Of a stretch of DNA of 64,000 bases, positions 53,428 to 63,096 are shown one piece after another. The DNA comes from Oscillospiraceae bacterium. GTDB lineage: Bacteria > Bacillota > Clostridia > Oscillospirales > Acutalibacteraceae. Numbering within the stretch: position 1 is the stretch's first letter; every line of letters begins with the position of its first letter. The translations under genes were made by a program, and so were the position numbers. The notes beneath the pieces were generated by a model that saw only the letters and a list, made by a program, of their open reading frames with translations, was not told where the DNA came from and searched no databases. The stretch is taken from positions 8,459 through 72,458 of the forward strand of contig WRED01000003.1 of NCBI GenBank assembly GCA_009779495.1. Direction: 5' to 3'.

Positions 53428-54351
53428 TTACTTTAGAAACCCATCTATAATAACCGTTTCAGCCTCCGCCTCCGTCAGTCCCAGCGTCTGGAGCTTGATC
53501 ATCTGCTCGCCGTTTATTTTGCCTATGGCCGCCTCGTGCACGATGTTCGCGTCGGGATGGTTCGCGGAAATTTCGGGTATGGAGCGTATCCTCGCGCCGT
53601 CCATGATGATCGAGTCGCACTGCACATGGGCTTTGCACCCGCTGTTGCCCACGGCTTTCGGGTAAAACACCTGCTCGGAGCTGTCTCTGGCCACGGAGCG
53701 CGAAACGATCTGCGCGGACGCGCCTTCGCCGTTGAGCTGAACCTCCATGTTCGACCGCGCGGTCTGCCTGCCGTGGGTCATCAGCCGCTCCGTCACGATA
53801 AGCTTCGCCCCGGCTCCCAAAGCGGCCGACGTCTCGCGCACGGTGGAATCCACGCCGCGTATCTGCACTGTCTCCATCTCGCAGACGGAGTTTTCGTCCA
53901 TATCGACGACAGTGGTCGGGTTTAAGACGCGCTCGCCCGTCCCCTCCCCCTCGCCGTAATGCTTCTCGACGTATTTCAGCCGTGCGCCCTTTCCGATGAA
54001 GAAGCGGTGTATGCCGTCGTGCCGCGCGGAATCGCAGCCGGAGTTGTGTATCCCGCACCCGGCGACGATGGTGACGTCCGCGCCCTCGCCGATAAAAAAG
54101 TCGTTGTACACCGTATCGGAAAGCCCCGTCTTTGTGATGACGACGGGGATATGCACCCGCTCGTTTTTCGTAAACGGCTTCACGAAAATGTCGATGCCCG
54201 GCTTGTCGGCCTTTGTTTCTATCACGACGTTTTCCGTCGATCTGCGCCCCGCGCCCGCGCCGTCCATCCTGATATTATAGGCCCCCTCTACGGGGATATC
54301 GCCGATGTCCGCGACGGATTTCAGCAGGGACTTTACTACATTGTCTAACAT
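53428..54351 (-). CDS. SufB/SufD-family Fe-S cluster assembly protein (short form)
   Basis: Beta-helix repeats and a C-terminal HEAAIGKINGEQMIKLQTLGLTEAEAETVIIDGF typical of SufB/D. It lies downstream of sufC. Confidence 0.8.
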   Translation of the reverse strand: MLDNVVKSLLKSVADIGDIPVEGAYNIRMDGAGAGRRSTENVVIETKADKPGIDIFVKPFTKNERVHIPVVITKTGLSDTVYNDFFIGEGADVTIVAGCGIHNSGCDSARHDGIHRFFIGKGARLKYVEKHYGEGEGTGERVLNPTTVVDMDENSVCEMETVQIRGVDSTVRETSAALGAGAKLIVTERLMTHGRQTARSNMEVQLNGEGASAQIVSRSVARDSSEQVFYPKAVGNSGCKAHVQCDSIIMDGARIRSIPEISANHPDANIVHEAAIGKINGEQMIKLQTLGLTEAEAETVIIDGFLK

Positions 54352-54384
54352 GAGTTGTCCTCCGAATTGATTAACAATTGACGA

Positions 54385-55098
54385 TTACGAAGAGTGCGCA
54401 TAAGCGCAATCCTCGTCAAACTCCCCCATAAGCTTCGGCAGGATCTCGTCCCGCGTCCCGTATGATCTGATTTTGCCGTTTGCCACCACAAGCACTTCGT
54501 CGGCCAGCTCCATGATGCGCTCCTGGTGCGAGATGAGTATCACGCTCGTGTGCCGCCCTTTGCTCATGGAGCGAAAGCTTTCCACGAGCATCTTGAAGCT
54601 CCATAGGTCGATCCCGGCCTCCGGCTCGTCGAACATCGCGAGCCCCAGGTTTTTCGCCATCAGCGTCGCGATCTCGATGCGCTTCACCTCGCCGCCCGAC
54701 AGGGACGAGTCCACGTCGCGGTTAAGATACTCCATCGAGCACAGCCCCACGTTCGTCAGGTATTCGCAGCAGGCGTCCTCGGGCAAATCGCTGCCGTGGG
54801 CGAGGCTTAAAAGGCCGCGCACCGTCAGCCCCTTGAAGCGCGGCGGGTTCTGAAAGGCATAGCCGATGCCGAGCCTGGCCCGCTCGGTAATGCCAAGCCC
54901 CGTGATATCCTGCCCGTTGAAGATAATCCGCCCCCCGGTTGGCTTCTCTATCCCCATGATGAGCCGCGCCAGCGTGGACTTGCCGCCGCCGTTTGGCCCC
55001 GTTATCACAAGAAAACGGTTGTCCTCCAGCGTAAAGCTGATATCCTCAATGATCTCCGCGTCCTCTACCGAAAACGATACGTTTTTAAGTTCAAGCAT
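54385..55098 (-). CDS. sufC: Fe-S cluster assembly ATPase SufC
   Basis: Walker A GPNGGGKST, LSGGEVKRIEI and MFDEPEAGID. Confidence 0.85.
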   Translation of the reverse strand: MLELKNVSFSVEDAEIIEDISFTLEDNRFLVITGPNGGGKSTLARLIMGIEKPTGGRIIFNGQDITGLGITERARLGIGYAFQNPPRFKGLTVRGLLSLAHGSDLPEDACCEYLTNVGLCSMEYLNRDVDSSLSGGEVKRIEIATLMAKNLGLAMFDEPEAGIDLWSFKMLVESFRSMSKGRHTSVILISHQERIMELADEVLVVANGKIRSYGTRDEILPKLMGEFDEDCAYAHSS

Positions 55099-55100
55099 TT

Positions 55101-55178
55101 TTATGATCCATCCTTATTAAGTTTTGTGTAAGCACAAAACTTGCGGTTTGAAAAATGCCCGGGGCATATTTTTCAAAC
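55101..55178 (-). repeat. class B 5'-leader/RBS repeat module, copy D (upstream of sufC)
   Basis: Sense strand reads GTTTGAAAAATATGCCCCGGGCATTTTTCAAACCGCAAGTTTTGTGCTTACACAAAACTTAATAAGGATGGATCATAAAA-ATG. Confidence 0.75.
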
Positions 55179-55191
55179 TTTCGCCGTTACT

Positions 55192-55737
55192 TTATTTGAG
55201 TATGTACGCCGTAACCGTAACCATCGCCGCGATAAGCACGTTTATCCCGTGCCTCTCCAAAAACGCGCCCGCGTAAATCACACGTGCCAAAGCCCACAGC
55301 GGAACCTTTTTGATTCCTTTCGCGTTTGAGGATACGTCCAGCAAATGCATCGCGTCCTCATAAAGCGGGAACAGATTGCAAAGCAGGGACGCGCCCAGCC
55401 AATAAAACAGGATGTACACGAAAAACAGCGGGGAGATCAGCCCCGTTTGCAAATTGCGCATACCCGCGCCCAATATGAACAGATTCCCCGCGTCGGCCAT
55501 AACAAGCGGCACGGCCAAGATAAGGTTCAGAAGTCCCGGCAGCGCGCAAAACAGCAGGTTCCTGCCCGCGCCGGCCAGCAGGCGGTGCTCCACGTGCCCG
55601 CACAGCTCGTTTAAGCTGAGGTACGCCGTTCCCTCCACAGGCTCTTTCATGATTTTAAGCAGGCAATGCTCCCAAAACGCCCGAAGCGCCGCGGCGGGAA
55701 AAGTGATCATTTTCGCTATCACGTAAACCGCAGTCAA
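55192..55737 (-). CDS. hypothetical polytopic membrane protein
   Basis: 181-aa ORF with 4-5 TM helices. The TTG start overlaps the upstream stop; the ATG at 55710 is an alternative. Confidence 0.5.
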   Translation of the reverse strand: MTAVYVIAKMITFPAAALRAFWEHCLLKIMKEPVEGTAYLSLNELCGHVEHRLLAGAGRNLLFCALPGLLNLILAVPLVMADAGNLFILGAGMRNLQTGLISPLFFVYILFYWLGASLLCNLFPLYEDAMHLLDVSSNAKGIKKVPLWALARVIYAGAFLERHGINVLIAAMVTVTAYILK

Positions 55738-57068
55738 AACAACCCGCCCTTTCCGTCAATGATGATTTCCTCGGCCGTAAGCTCGCCTTTCTCAAACAGC
55801 GTGACCGCGCCCGACGCCTGAGCCAGCGATTTAAGCTCCTCCAGCCCCTCCTCATTGTTCGAGCCTATGGCGCAGATATACGTGAGGTCGATAAGCCTTT
55901 GGGCCAAAAGCGAGCGGTCCCCCGTGAGATACGCGTAATAGTACGCCGGATAAAACGCATCGTTGTACATCATGTCATACGCCAGGCTCCAATCGTCGTC
56001 CATAAGCATCAAAAACGCCGTTTTGGCGATCACAAAATCTATGCTTTGGAAAAAGACGCTCCTGTCCGCCCGGGAAATATCCTTCGACTGAGCCAGGTAC
56101 TGCGAGAACACATTTTGAGCCGTCGCCATAGCCGTCTCTCCGCCGTCATAAAACTGCCGCGCTCCCTGTGTGTCGCCGCTCTTGATTTTCAGCTTGATCA
56201 TCGCCGCGTAATACGCCGGGCAACCGGGGTTATAGGTGTTCAGCTCTTCACAGGCTTCAGCCGCCTCGTCAAAGCGTTCCAGCGCGATAAGCGCCTCCGC
56301 CTTGCCCTGATATGCCTTTATATTGTTGAGGTTCAGCGATATCAGCTTGTCCGATTCCTCTAAAAATCTGTCCCAGTCCCCGGAGCTTACGGCTAAAGCC
56401 GCCAGCGTCTGCATATACAACGGGTATTCCTCCGGCAAAAGCTCCGTCATTTTTTCGAGCATCGGAAGGGATTTCTCAAGCTCCTCCGGGTAAACATACT
56501 GCATAAGCGTCGCTTTATAATATTCCACATAAGCCGCGTGATAAACATTTTTGCCGGCGGCCATCAATTCCAGCTCTCCGATAAAATCATCGTAAGGGAT
56601 ATCCCCGCGCGCGGCCTCTTCATAGCCGGACATCATATCGGAAAACGCCGACGTTACCTGGTCAAAAGCCGTTTTCGCCTCCAGATACGTGTTGGTAAAG
56701 CCGAGCTTCCCGCTTTTTAAGACGCTGCTGTCAAATACTTCGGAAGCGATGCCGCCCGCGTCCGCGGCGGATTCCGTCCGGGCGTAAACGTCCAGCGTTT
56801 TCTCCCACACTTTCGCGCCGAGGCCGAACCAGCCGAGGTTCGGGAATTTCTCCCCATAAACGGCACCGCGCTGTAAAAGATAGCGCCCCGCCGTGTCATA
56901 GGCGTCGTAAGCGTCATACAGCCGTTTGGACGCGGAAAACGCGTCACCGGCCCGAACGTCCCGGACGGCAGGTCCTGTCACAACCAAAACGCACACGGCC
57001 AGCGCCGCGAGCGCCGCGAAAACCAGCGCCGCCACCGCGCCGTACCACTTCACGCGCGTACGCAGCAT
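55734..57068 (-). CDS. membrane-anchored TPR-like repeat protein; the frame stays open upstream to 57203 and encodes a zinc ribbon
   Basis: A TM helix (AVAALVFAALAALAVCVLVV) is followed by helical-repeat TPR-like sequence. The in-frame upstream 45 codons encode FCPYCG...CADC but contain no ATG, GTG or TTG. Confidence 0.6.
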   Translation of the reverse strand: MLRTRVKWYGAVAALVFAALAALAVCVLVVTGPAVRDVRAGDAFSASKRLYDAYDAYDTAGRYLLQRGAVYGEKFPNLGWFGLGAKVWEKTLDVYARTESAADAGGIASEVFDSSVLKSGKLGFTNTYLEAKTAFDQVTSAFSDMMSGYEEAARGDIPYDDFIGELELMAAGKNVYHAAYVEYYKATLMQYVYPEELEKSLPMLEKMTELLPEEYPLYMQTLAALAVSSGDWDRFLEESDKLISLNLNNIKAYQGKAEALIALERFDEAAEACEELNTYNPGCPAYYAAMIKLKIKSGDTQGARQFYDGGETAMATAQNVFSQYLAQSKDISRADRSVFFQSIDFVIAKTAFLMLMDDDWSLAYDMMYNDAFYPAYYYAYLTGDRSLLAQRLIDLTYICAIGSNNEEGLEELKSLAQASGAVTLFEKGELTAEEIIIDGKGGLF

Positions 57069-57352
57069 TGCGTCAAGGCAGTCCGCGCAAACGTCGCTGT
57101 CCTCGGGGAAATTTTTATGCCGCTTTATTTCCCCGCAATACGGGCAGAAGCGTTTGTCCTTTGGGATTGATTTCGTCGGCGGGTCATGAAAGATCAGCTG
57201 AAATCACCCTTTCATTCTTAACTCCATGGGCTTCCGAAGAAGTCTATTCCTATCATACCATCTTTTTCAGACGATTTCAACAAAAAATAATCATAATTTT
57301 AGGGTAGGCTAACGCCCACCCTAAAAATTCTTCAACAACAGTTTCCCTGACC

Positions 57353-57392
57353 GCGTCTAACGTCTAACGTCTACCATCTAACGTCTAGACTA
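57353..57392 (-). repeat. 7-nt periodic TAG ladder (TAGACGT units) starting at the stop codon of the acidic zinc-ribbon gene
   Basis: Complement CTA at 57357, 57364, 57371, 57378 and 57385, an exact 7-nt spacing. The gene stop is at 57390-57392. All three frames are closed. Confidence 0.8.
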
Positions 57393-57788
57393 CTCTTCGC
57401 CGTCGTCCTCATCAAGCTCAAGCTCCAAAAGTTCGTTGCAGCTCGGGCAGTTGAGACTGCCCTCCTCCAAAATCTGCTCGTCCACGCACACGACCTCGCC
57501 GCACGCCGGGCACTCGACCTCGAAGTATTCCTCGTCGTCGTCGAACATGTCGTCATCGTCGTCAAACTCGTCGTAGACATACTCCTCCAGCTCGTCCAGA
57601 TCCTCGTCAACCGCGTCAAGCTGTTCGCTTAAAAGCGCGACGCTGTCCTCAAGGTCCGAGGAGGTGAGCGCCAGGTCGTCGATCACGTCCAGGATCGCGT
57701 TGAAGAGCTTCGTTTCGGGTTTTTCCGCGTCAAGGGAAAGACCCTCCGCGAGTCCCTTGAGATAGGCCGCTTTTTCTGTTAATGTCAT
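57390..57788 (-). CDS. highly acidic zinc-ribbon protein
   Basis: The N-terminus is a helical region, then D/E-rich tracts flank CPACG...CPSC. RBS AAGGAG. Confidence 0.65.
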   Translation of the reverse strand: MTLTEKAAYLKGLAEGLSLDAEKPETKLFNAILDVIDDLALTSSDLEDSVALLSEQLDAVDEDLDELEEYVYDEFDDDDDMFDDDEEYFEVECPACGEVVCVDEQILEEGSLNCPSCNELLELELDEDDGEE

Positions 57789-57830
57789 GATAAAATTCTC
57801 CTTATACTATAATTGTCAACTGTCAATTTG

Positions 57831-58388
57831 TTACGCGCGGCTCGCGTATTCCCCCGTGCGCGTATCGACGATGATATCCTCGCCCTCGTCGATGAACAGC
57901 GGCACCCTGATCTCCGCACCTGTCTCAAGCGTCGCGGGCTTCTGGGCGTTCGTCGCCGTGTCGCCCTTGAAACCGGGGTCTGTCTTTGTGATTTTGAGCG
58001 TCACCGTTGTCGGCGGCTCAATGCCGAAAACACTGCCCTTGTAGGACAGCACGCGGCAGATAAAGTTTTCTTTCACGAACTTAAAGCTGTCGGGCAGAAG
58101 GTCCGCGCCCACGGGGATAAGCTCAAAGCTTTCCTGATCCATAAAGTAGTACAGCTCGCCGTCGCTGTAGGAATACTCCATCTCCCTGCGCTCGATATAC
58201 GCCGGGGGGAATTTGTCAGAGGGGTTGAACGTGCGCTCGACTACGGATCCCGCGATCACGTTGCGGATCTTGGTTCGGACGAAAGCCGCCCCCTTTCCGG
58301 GCTTGACGTGCTGGAAGTCGATGATCTGATAGACCTGCCCCTCCATCTCAAAGGTAACGCCGTTTCTGAAATCGCCTGCTGATACCAT
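57831..58388 (-). CDS. efp: elongation factor P
   Basis: [43 protein letters not shown], 185 aa. Confidence 0.93.
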   Translation of the reverse strand: MVSAGDFRNGVTFEMEGQVYQIIDFQHVKPGKGAAFVRTKIRNVIAGSVVERTFNPSDKFPPAYIERREMEYSYSDGELYYFMDQESFELIPVGADLLPDSFKFVKENFICRVLSYKGSVFGIEPPTTVTLKITKTDPGFKGDTATNAQKPATLETGAEIRVPLFIDEGEDIIVDTRTGEYASRA

Positions 58389-58492
58389 AGTATTATTCCT
58401 CCGATTCTTAGACTTAAATCATTTTAACCCATAATGATTTATTTTTCAAGTTATTTTTTTTAGCCGCCCTGATAACCATTGATTTCCGGCGC

Positions 58493-59008
58493 CTAATCCC
58501 TCCATTTGCCGGTCGCTTTGAAAAGCACATTTTCTATCTTCTCCGCGCGCTCCGCCAGATAGAAGCAGACTTCCCTGCCTGTCAACGCTTCCCCCTCCGG
58601 GAAAACAAGCGTTATCACGTATTCGTTCGCCGTGACGTCCGTTGTTATCAGAATTTTTTCCGCCGGGACAACAGCGCCGCCGACAGATCCGAAATAGATG
58701 TTGCCGGGGCTTCGCAACGCGTCCTCTATGTCCGTGCGCTGTGAAAACCGCATTTCAATGCCCGCCGCCTCCCCTGCGTCGTTCAGAACCGTCACGCATA
58801 CGACGTCGTTGCCCGAAATCTCCCGCGCGGGCTTAATATCCTCTTTGAGGTCAACATAAAGCGTGCTCTCCTCCTCCGCCCCCGCGACGATGCCGCCGGG
58901 CGAATCGCCGCCGGACAACACAAACCTCCACAGCAAAAGGACCGCTGCGATAACCGCCAAAACAGCCGCGATGATCATAATAAGCTTCTTTTTGTTCATC
59001 TTTTTCAT
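58493..59008 (-). CDS. hypothetical membrane-anchored protein
   Basis: N-terminal anchor KKKLIMIIAAVLAVIAAVLLLW. No recognisable domain. Confidence 0.55.
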   Translation of the reverse strand: MKKMNKKKLIMIIAAVLAVIAAVLLLWRFVLSGGDSPGGIVAGAEEESTLYVDLKEDIKPAREISGNDVVCVTVLNDAGEAAGIEMRFSQRTDIEDALRSPGNIYFGSVGGAVVPAEKILITTDVTANEYVITLVFPEGEALTGREVCFYLAERAEKIENVLFKATGKWRD

Positions 59009-59012
59009 CTGT

Positions 59013-59046
59013 ATTCTCCTTTTCCCTAATCCCTGATTCCTGACAC
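59013..59046 (-). repeat. 7-nt periodic array GTGTCA-GGAATCA-GGGATTA-GGGAAAA-GGAG merging into an RBS
   Basis: Sense strand reads TGA-AGTGTCAGGAATCAGGGATTAGGGAAAAGGAGAATACAG-ATG, between the dut stop and the next start. Confidence 0.65.
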
Positions 59047-59047
59047 T

Positions 59048-59488
59048 TCAGCGTCCCGTTGACCCGAATCCGCCCGTTCCGCGCTGCGTCTCATCAAGAC
59101 TTTCCGCCCGCTCCACAGGCAGCGCCGCCACAGGCATGACAACCATCTGCGCGATCCTCTCCCCCGGCTGTATCTCGTAATCCTCGTCGAACTGATTGAC
59201 AAGCCCGACGCAAACCTCACCTCGGTAGTCGCTGTCTATGACGCCGACGCCGTTCAAAAGCCCCAGCCCGCGCTTGATGGCCAGCCCGCTCCTGGCGAAC
59301 ACGAACGCGGCGTATCCATCGTCCGGCAGCGCGATCGCGATCCCCGTCGGAACAAGAGCGTGTCCCCTGCCCTTGATCGTCAGCGGCCCGTCAATACACG
59401 CGCACAAATCAATCCCCGCGCTGCCCGGCGTGGCTCTGATTGGAACAATAGCGTTTTCACGCAACTTAACAATTTTTAAACTCTCCAT
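59048..59488 (-). CDS. dut: dUTP diphosphatase
   Basis: ATPGSAGIDL, ARSGLAIK, GVIDSDYRGE and RGTGGFGSTG motifs. Confidence 0.9.
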   Translation of the reverse strand: MESLKIVKLRENAIVPIRATPGSAGIDLCACIDGPLTIKGRGHALVPTGIAIALPDDGYAAFVFARSGLAIKRGLGLLNGVGVIDSDYRGEVCVGLVNQFDEDYEIQPGERIAQMVVMPVAALPVERAESLDETQRGTGGFGSTGR

Positions 59489-59498
59489 ATCTATGATC

Positions 59499-59523
59499 GT
59501 CCTCCTAATTCCTAACCCCTGAC
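59499..59523 (-). repeat. 7-nt periodic array GTCA-GGGGTTA-GGAATTA-GGAGGAC between the smc stop and the dut RBS
   Basis: Sense strand reads TAA-GTCAGGGGTTAGGAATTAGGAGGACGATCATAGAT-ATG. Confidence 0.65.
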
Positions 59524-62500
59524 TTACCCAACTCCCAATTTCTTCGCCATTTCCGCCGTTTTAAGCTCCAGCAGCTTCGACACGCCCTCCTCCTGCATGG
59601 TCACGCCGTACAGGATGTCCGCCTCCTCCATGGTTCCGCGCCTGTGGGTAATGAGGATGAACTGCGTGTTCTTCGTCATCCTGCGCACATATCTGGCGTA
59701 CCGCGTCACGTTTACCTCGTCCAGCGCCGCCTCGACCTCGTCGAATACGCAAAACGGCGCGGGCGAGACCTTAAGTATCGCGAACAGCAGCGCAATGGCC
59801 GACAGTCCCTTTTCGCCGCCCGAAAGCAGGTCTATGTTCTGCACGTTTTTGCCCGGCGGCTGTACGCGTATGTCAATGGCGCACTCCAGTATCTCGGCGG
59901 GGTTTTCGAGTAGAAGCTCCGCCTTTCCGCCGTCGAACAGCTCCGCGAACGTCTCGCTGAAAAATCCGTTGATCCTGTTGAACTGCTCCCTGAATCGCAC
60001 GGCCATTTTACCCGTCAGGTCGCCGATCATCACCGTAAGCTCGTCCTTGGACTTCTCGATGTCGGATATCTGCGTGCTCATATACTCAAAGCGCTCCGAC
60101 ACCTCCTTGTATTCCTCTATCGCGCCGACGTTGACGTTGCCCAAAGCGCGGATCTTGTTGCGGATCTCCTGAAGCGTCCTCTGGGACTTCGCCGGGTCCT
60201 CGATCACGATGCCCAGCTCCGCCGCCTCGCGCAGGGTCAGCTCATACTCGTCGTAGAGCCTGCTCCGGGAATTCTCAAGCTCCGATTCCATGACGGACTT
60301 GCGTTCCCCGAGTCTCGCAAGCTCGCCGCCCAGCATTTCTTTCTCCTGTGTTTTCCCGCGCTCGGCCTGCCGCAGGGCCGTCACGTCGCTTTCAACCTCC
60401 GCCCTTTGCGCCGCGAGCGACGCGATCTTCTCCCGCATAGCGGCGCTCTCGCTTCTGAGCGCCCCGGCGTCCGCCTCCATGTCAGTGATTTTATCCTTGA
60501 TCTCCCGGCTGCGCACAGCGATGTCCGCGATTTCGTCGTTGAGGGCGTCAAGCTTGTCGAAGTTCGTCTCTTTCACCCGGCGGTACGATTCGACAGCCTC
60601 CCGTTTCGCGTCTATATCTTTCCGTGCCGACAGGATGAACATGCTCGTTTCAGACTCCGCCCTCGTCAGCTCCTCGCGCCGCGCTTCAAGCTCCTCGCGG
60701 TCTTTCGCCAGATCGCCCAAAGCGTCCCGCAGCCTGTCCGCCTCCGCCGACAGCGCCTCTATCTCCGCGCCGGAGCTTTTCATCGACTCTGTCAGCAGCT
60801 CCACGCGGCGCCTGTTGTTCTCCTTTTCTGTCTCAAACTCCCGAAGCGCGTTTCGAAGAGACTCCGCCCTGCCCTCGATGAGCCGCAGCTCGCCCTCCTG
60901 GCGTATGACCGCCTCCTGTTCGCGGGTGAGGTCCGCCGACGCGCCGCTTAAATCGGCTTCCACAGCCGCAAGCTCCTGCGTCATGCCCTTGTACGTTTGC
61001 TGGAATGCGTCGCCGTCGGCCGTCAGCCCGTCCGCTTCTTTTTTCAGCTTTTCTATCTCGTTTTGGCGGCTCAATATGCCCGCGTTGTTCGCCCTGGAGC
61101 CGCCCGTCATCGAGCCGCCCGCGTTTATCACCTGACCGTCCAGCGTAACGACACGAAAACGGTAGCCGTATCTCCTCGCGATGGCCACAGCGCTGTCCAT
61201 GTCCTCGGCCACGGCCGTCCTCGCCAGCAGCGAGCGCATGATTTCGCCGTACTGCGCGTCATATTGAACCAGCGCGTCGGCCATGGCCACGAAGCCGATG
61301 CAGCCGTCCAGCCCGCTTTCGGTGAACGCCCTCGCCCTGATCGCCGTGATCGGCAGAAACGTCGCACGTCCGGCGTTTGTCTCCTTTAAGAAAGCGATCG
61401 CCTTTTTCGCGTCGTTTTCGCTGTCCGTAACCACGTTTTGTATCGCCGCGCCGAAAGCGGTCTCCGCCGCCACCGCGTACTTTTCATCCACCGATATCAG
61501 CTGGGAAACCGTGCCGTGGATGCCCCGCAGCGTCCCTCTCTTCGACTCGCGTATGACCGCCTTTACGCTGCCCGCGTAGCCCTCCATGTTCTTCTCCAGA
61601 TCGTCGAGCATCCGTGCGCGCGTGCGTTTTTGATGTATATCAAGGTTTATCCTGTCGATTTTCTCTTTCAGCTCGTTCACTTTCTCGCGGCGGTTCTTCG
61701 CCCGGAGCTGATAACCCGACACGGCGTTTTGCAGCTCAAGCGCCTTTTCGCGCAAAGCCTCAAGCTCCGTTAAACACGCGTCCTTTTCCGCGAGCGTACC
61801 CGTGAGCGCCGTGCTCCTGCCCTCGATCACCGCGGTTAAGTTCTCCGTCCTTTGATTTATCTCCTCCGCCGACGACAGAGCCGCCGAATGACCGACGCGT
61901 TTCTCGGAAAGCCGTACGGTCAGCTCCGAAATTTTCCGCGAAAGCTCCTCGGCCCGCCCGGCGTACGCGGCGTTTTCGTCCCGGACGCCGCTTAAATCGG
62001 CCGCCGCCGCCCGCAGCGCCTCGTTCTGCCGCGCGATGACCTCCTCCAGCTCGGCGATCTCTTTCAAGGTCCGCTCCATGTCCTGATCCACGTGAAACTC
62101 GTCCCGCGCGGCCTGCTCCAGGTCGCGGGTGATGCGCTCTATCGTGCTGTTGTTGTGCAGTAATGTGTTTTTTTCAACAGCCACGCCGCTGTCGATCCGC
62201 GCGGCTCCGTCGTCCGTTTCGGCGGCCTCCAGACGGACGCGCTCAATCTCCGCCGCAAGCTCCTGCCCGCGTTCCGTCAGCTCCCCAAACTCCCGTTCCA
62301 GGCGGCTCAAGTCATTTTCTGCCGCCTCGTACTGCGCCGTCGCCACGGAAAGCCTGTGCTCCTGCTCCTTGAGTCCCGCCTTGGACTTCTCTATCGTGTG
62401 CAGCCACAGCCCGATTTCAAGCTCTTTCTTCTGCGCGGCCAGCGCGATGAATTTATGCGCTTTCTCGCTCTGCACCTTGAGCGGGCCGACGCGCCCCTCA

Positions 62501-63096
62501 AGCTCCGCCAAAATGTCGCGCAGACGGGAAAGGTTGTCCTCCGCCTGCGTGAGCCTCCGGGTGGCGTCCAGGCGGCGGTAACGGAAAGCCGAAATGCCCG
62601 CCGCCTCCTCTAGCATTTCCCTGCGCTGGGGCGAACGCGCCGAAACCATGTCCGCGACGCGCCCCTGGCTGACGATGGAATATCCGTCCCGCCCCAGCCC
62701 CGTATCCATAAAAAGCTCGTGTATGTCACGAAGGCGCACGCCCTCGCCGTTCATTAAGTAGTCGCTTTCGCCTGAGCGGTAGTAACGGCGCGTCACGGCA
62801 ACCTCGTCCCGGTCACAGGCTGACAGCGACCTGTCCCTGTTGTCGAGCCGAAGCGTCACCTCCGCGAACCCGAGCGCCTTGCGCTGGCTTGTCCCGCCGA
62901 ACACGACGTCCTCCATCTTGGCGCCGCGCAGGCTTTTCGTGGACTGCTCGCCCAAAACCCAGCGTATCGCGTCGGATATATTGCTTTTGCCGGAGCCGTT
63001 GGGCCCGACGACGGCGGTGATGCCTTCGCCGAAGCTTAAAGACGTCTTGTCCGGAAAGGATTTGAAGCCTTGGATTTCCAATGCTTTTAGAAACAT
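59524..63096 (-). CDS. smc: chromosome partition protein Smc
   Basis: 1190 aa with N-terminal Walker A GPNGSGKSN, long coiled coils, a hinge, and C-terminal LSGGEK...FCVFDEVEAALD. Confidence 0.95.
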   Translation of the reverse strand: MFLKALEIQGFKSFPDKTSLSFGEGITAVVGPNGSGKSNISDAIRWVLGEQSTKSLRGAKMEDVVFGGTSQRKALGFAEVTLRLDNRDRSLSACDRDEVAVTRRYYRSGESDYLMNGEGVRLRDIHELFMDTGLGRDGYSIVSQGRVADMVSARSPQRREMLEEAAGISAFRYRRLDATRRLTQAEDNLSRLRDILAELEGRVGPLKVQSEKAHKFIALAAQKKELEIGLWLHTIEKSKAGLKEQEHRLSVATAQYEAAENDLSRLEREFGELTERGQELAAEIERVRLEAAETDDGAARIDSGVAVEKNTLLHNNSTIERITRDLEQAARDEFHVDQDMERTLKEIAELEEVIARQNEALRAAAADLSGVRDENAAYAGRAEELSRKISELTVRLSEKRVGHSAALSSAEEINQRTENLTAVIEGRSTALTGTLAEKDACLTELEALREKALELQNAVSGYQLRAKNRREKVNELKEKIDRINLDIHQKRTRARMLDDLEKNMEGYAGSVKAVIRESKRGTLRGIHGTVSQLISVDEKYAVAAETAFGAAIQNVVTDSENDAKKAIAFLKETNAGRATFLPITAIRARAFTESGLDGCIGFVAMADALVQYDAQYGEIMRSLLARTAVAEDMDSAVAIARRYGYRFRVVTLDGQVINAGGSMTGGSRANNAGILSRQNEIEKLKKEADGLTADGDAFQQTYKGMTQELAAVEADLSGASADLTREQEAVIRQEGELRLIEGRAESLRNALREFETEKENNRRRVELLTESMKSSGAEIEALSAEADRLRDALGDLAKDREELEARREELTRAESETSMFILSARKDIDAKREAVESYRRVKETNFDKLDALNDEIADIAVRSREIKDKITDMEADAGALRSESAAMREKIASLAAQRAEVESDVTALRQAERGKTQEKEMLGGELARLGERKSVMESELENSRSRLYDEYELTLREAAELGIVIEDPAKSQRTLQEIRNKIRALGNVNVGAIEEYKEVSERFEYMSTQISDIEKSKDELTVMIGDLTGKMAVRFREQFNRINGFFSETFAELFDGGKAELLLENPAEILECAIDIRVQPPGKNVQNIDLLSGGEKGLSAIALLFAILKVSPAPFCVFDEVEAALDEVNVTRYARYVRRMTKNTQFILITHRRGTMEEADILYGVTMQEEGVSKLLELKTAEMAKKLGVG

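Noticed and set aside
57353-57392. CRISPR array or tandem-repeat protein-binding site as an interpretation of the short periodic arrays and of the dispersed repeats.
   Set aside because: The units are 7 nt with no spacers. The dispersed repeats (classes A-C) are single palindromic units, not regularly spaced 25-40-nt direct repeats. No cas genes are present.
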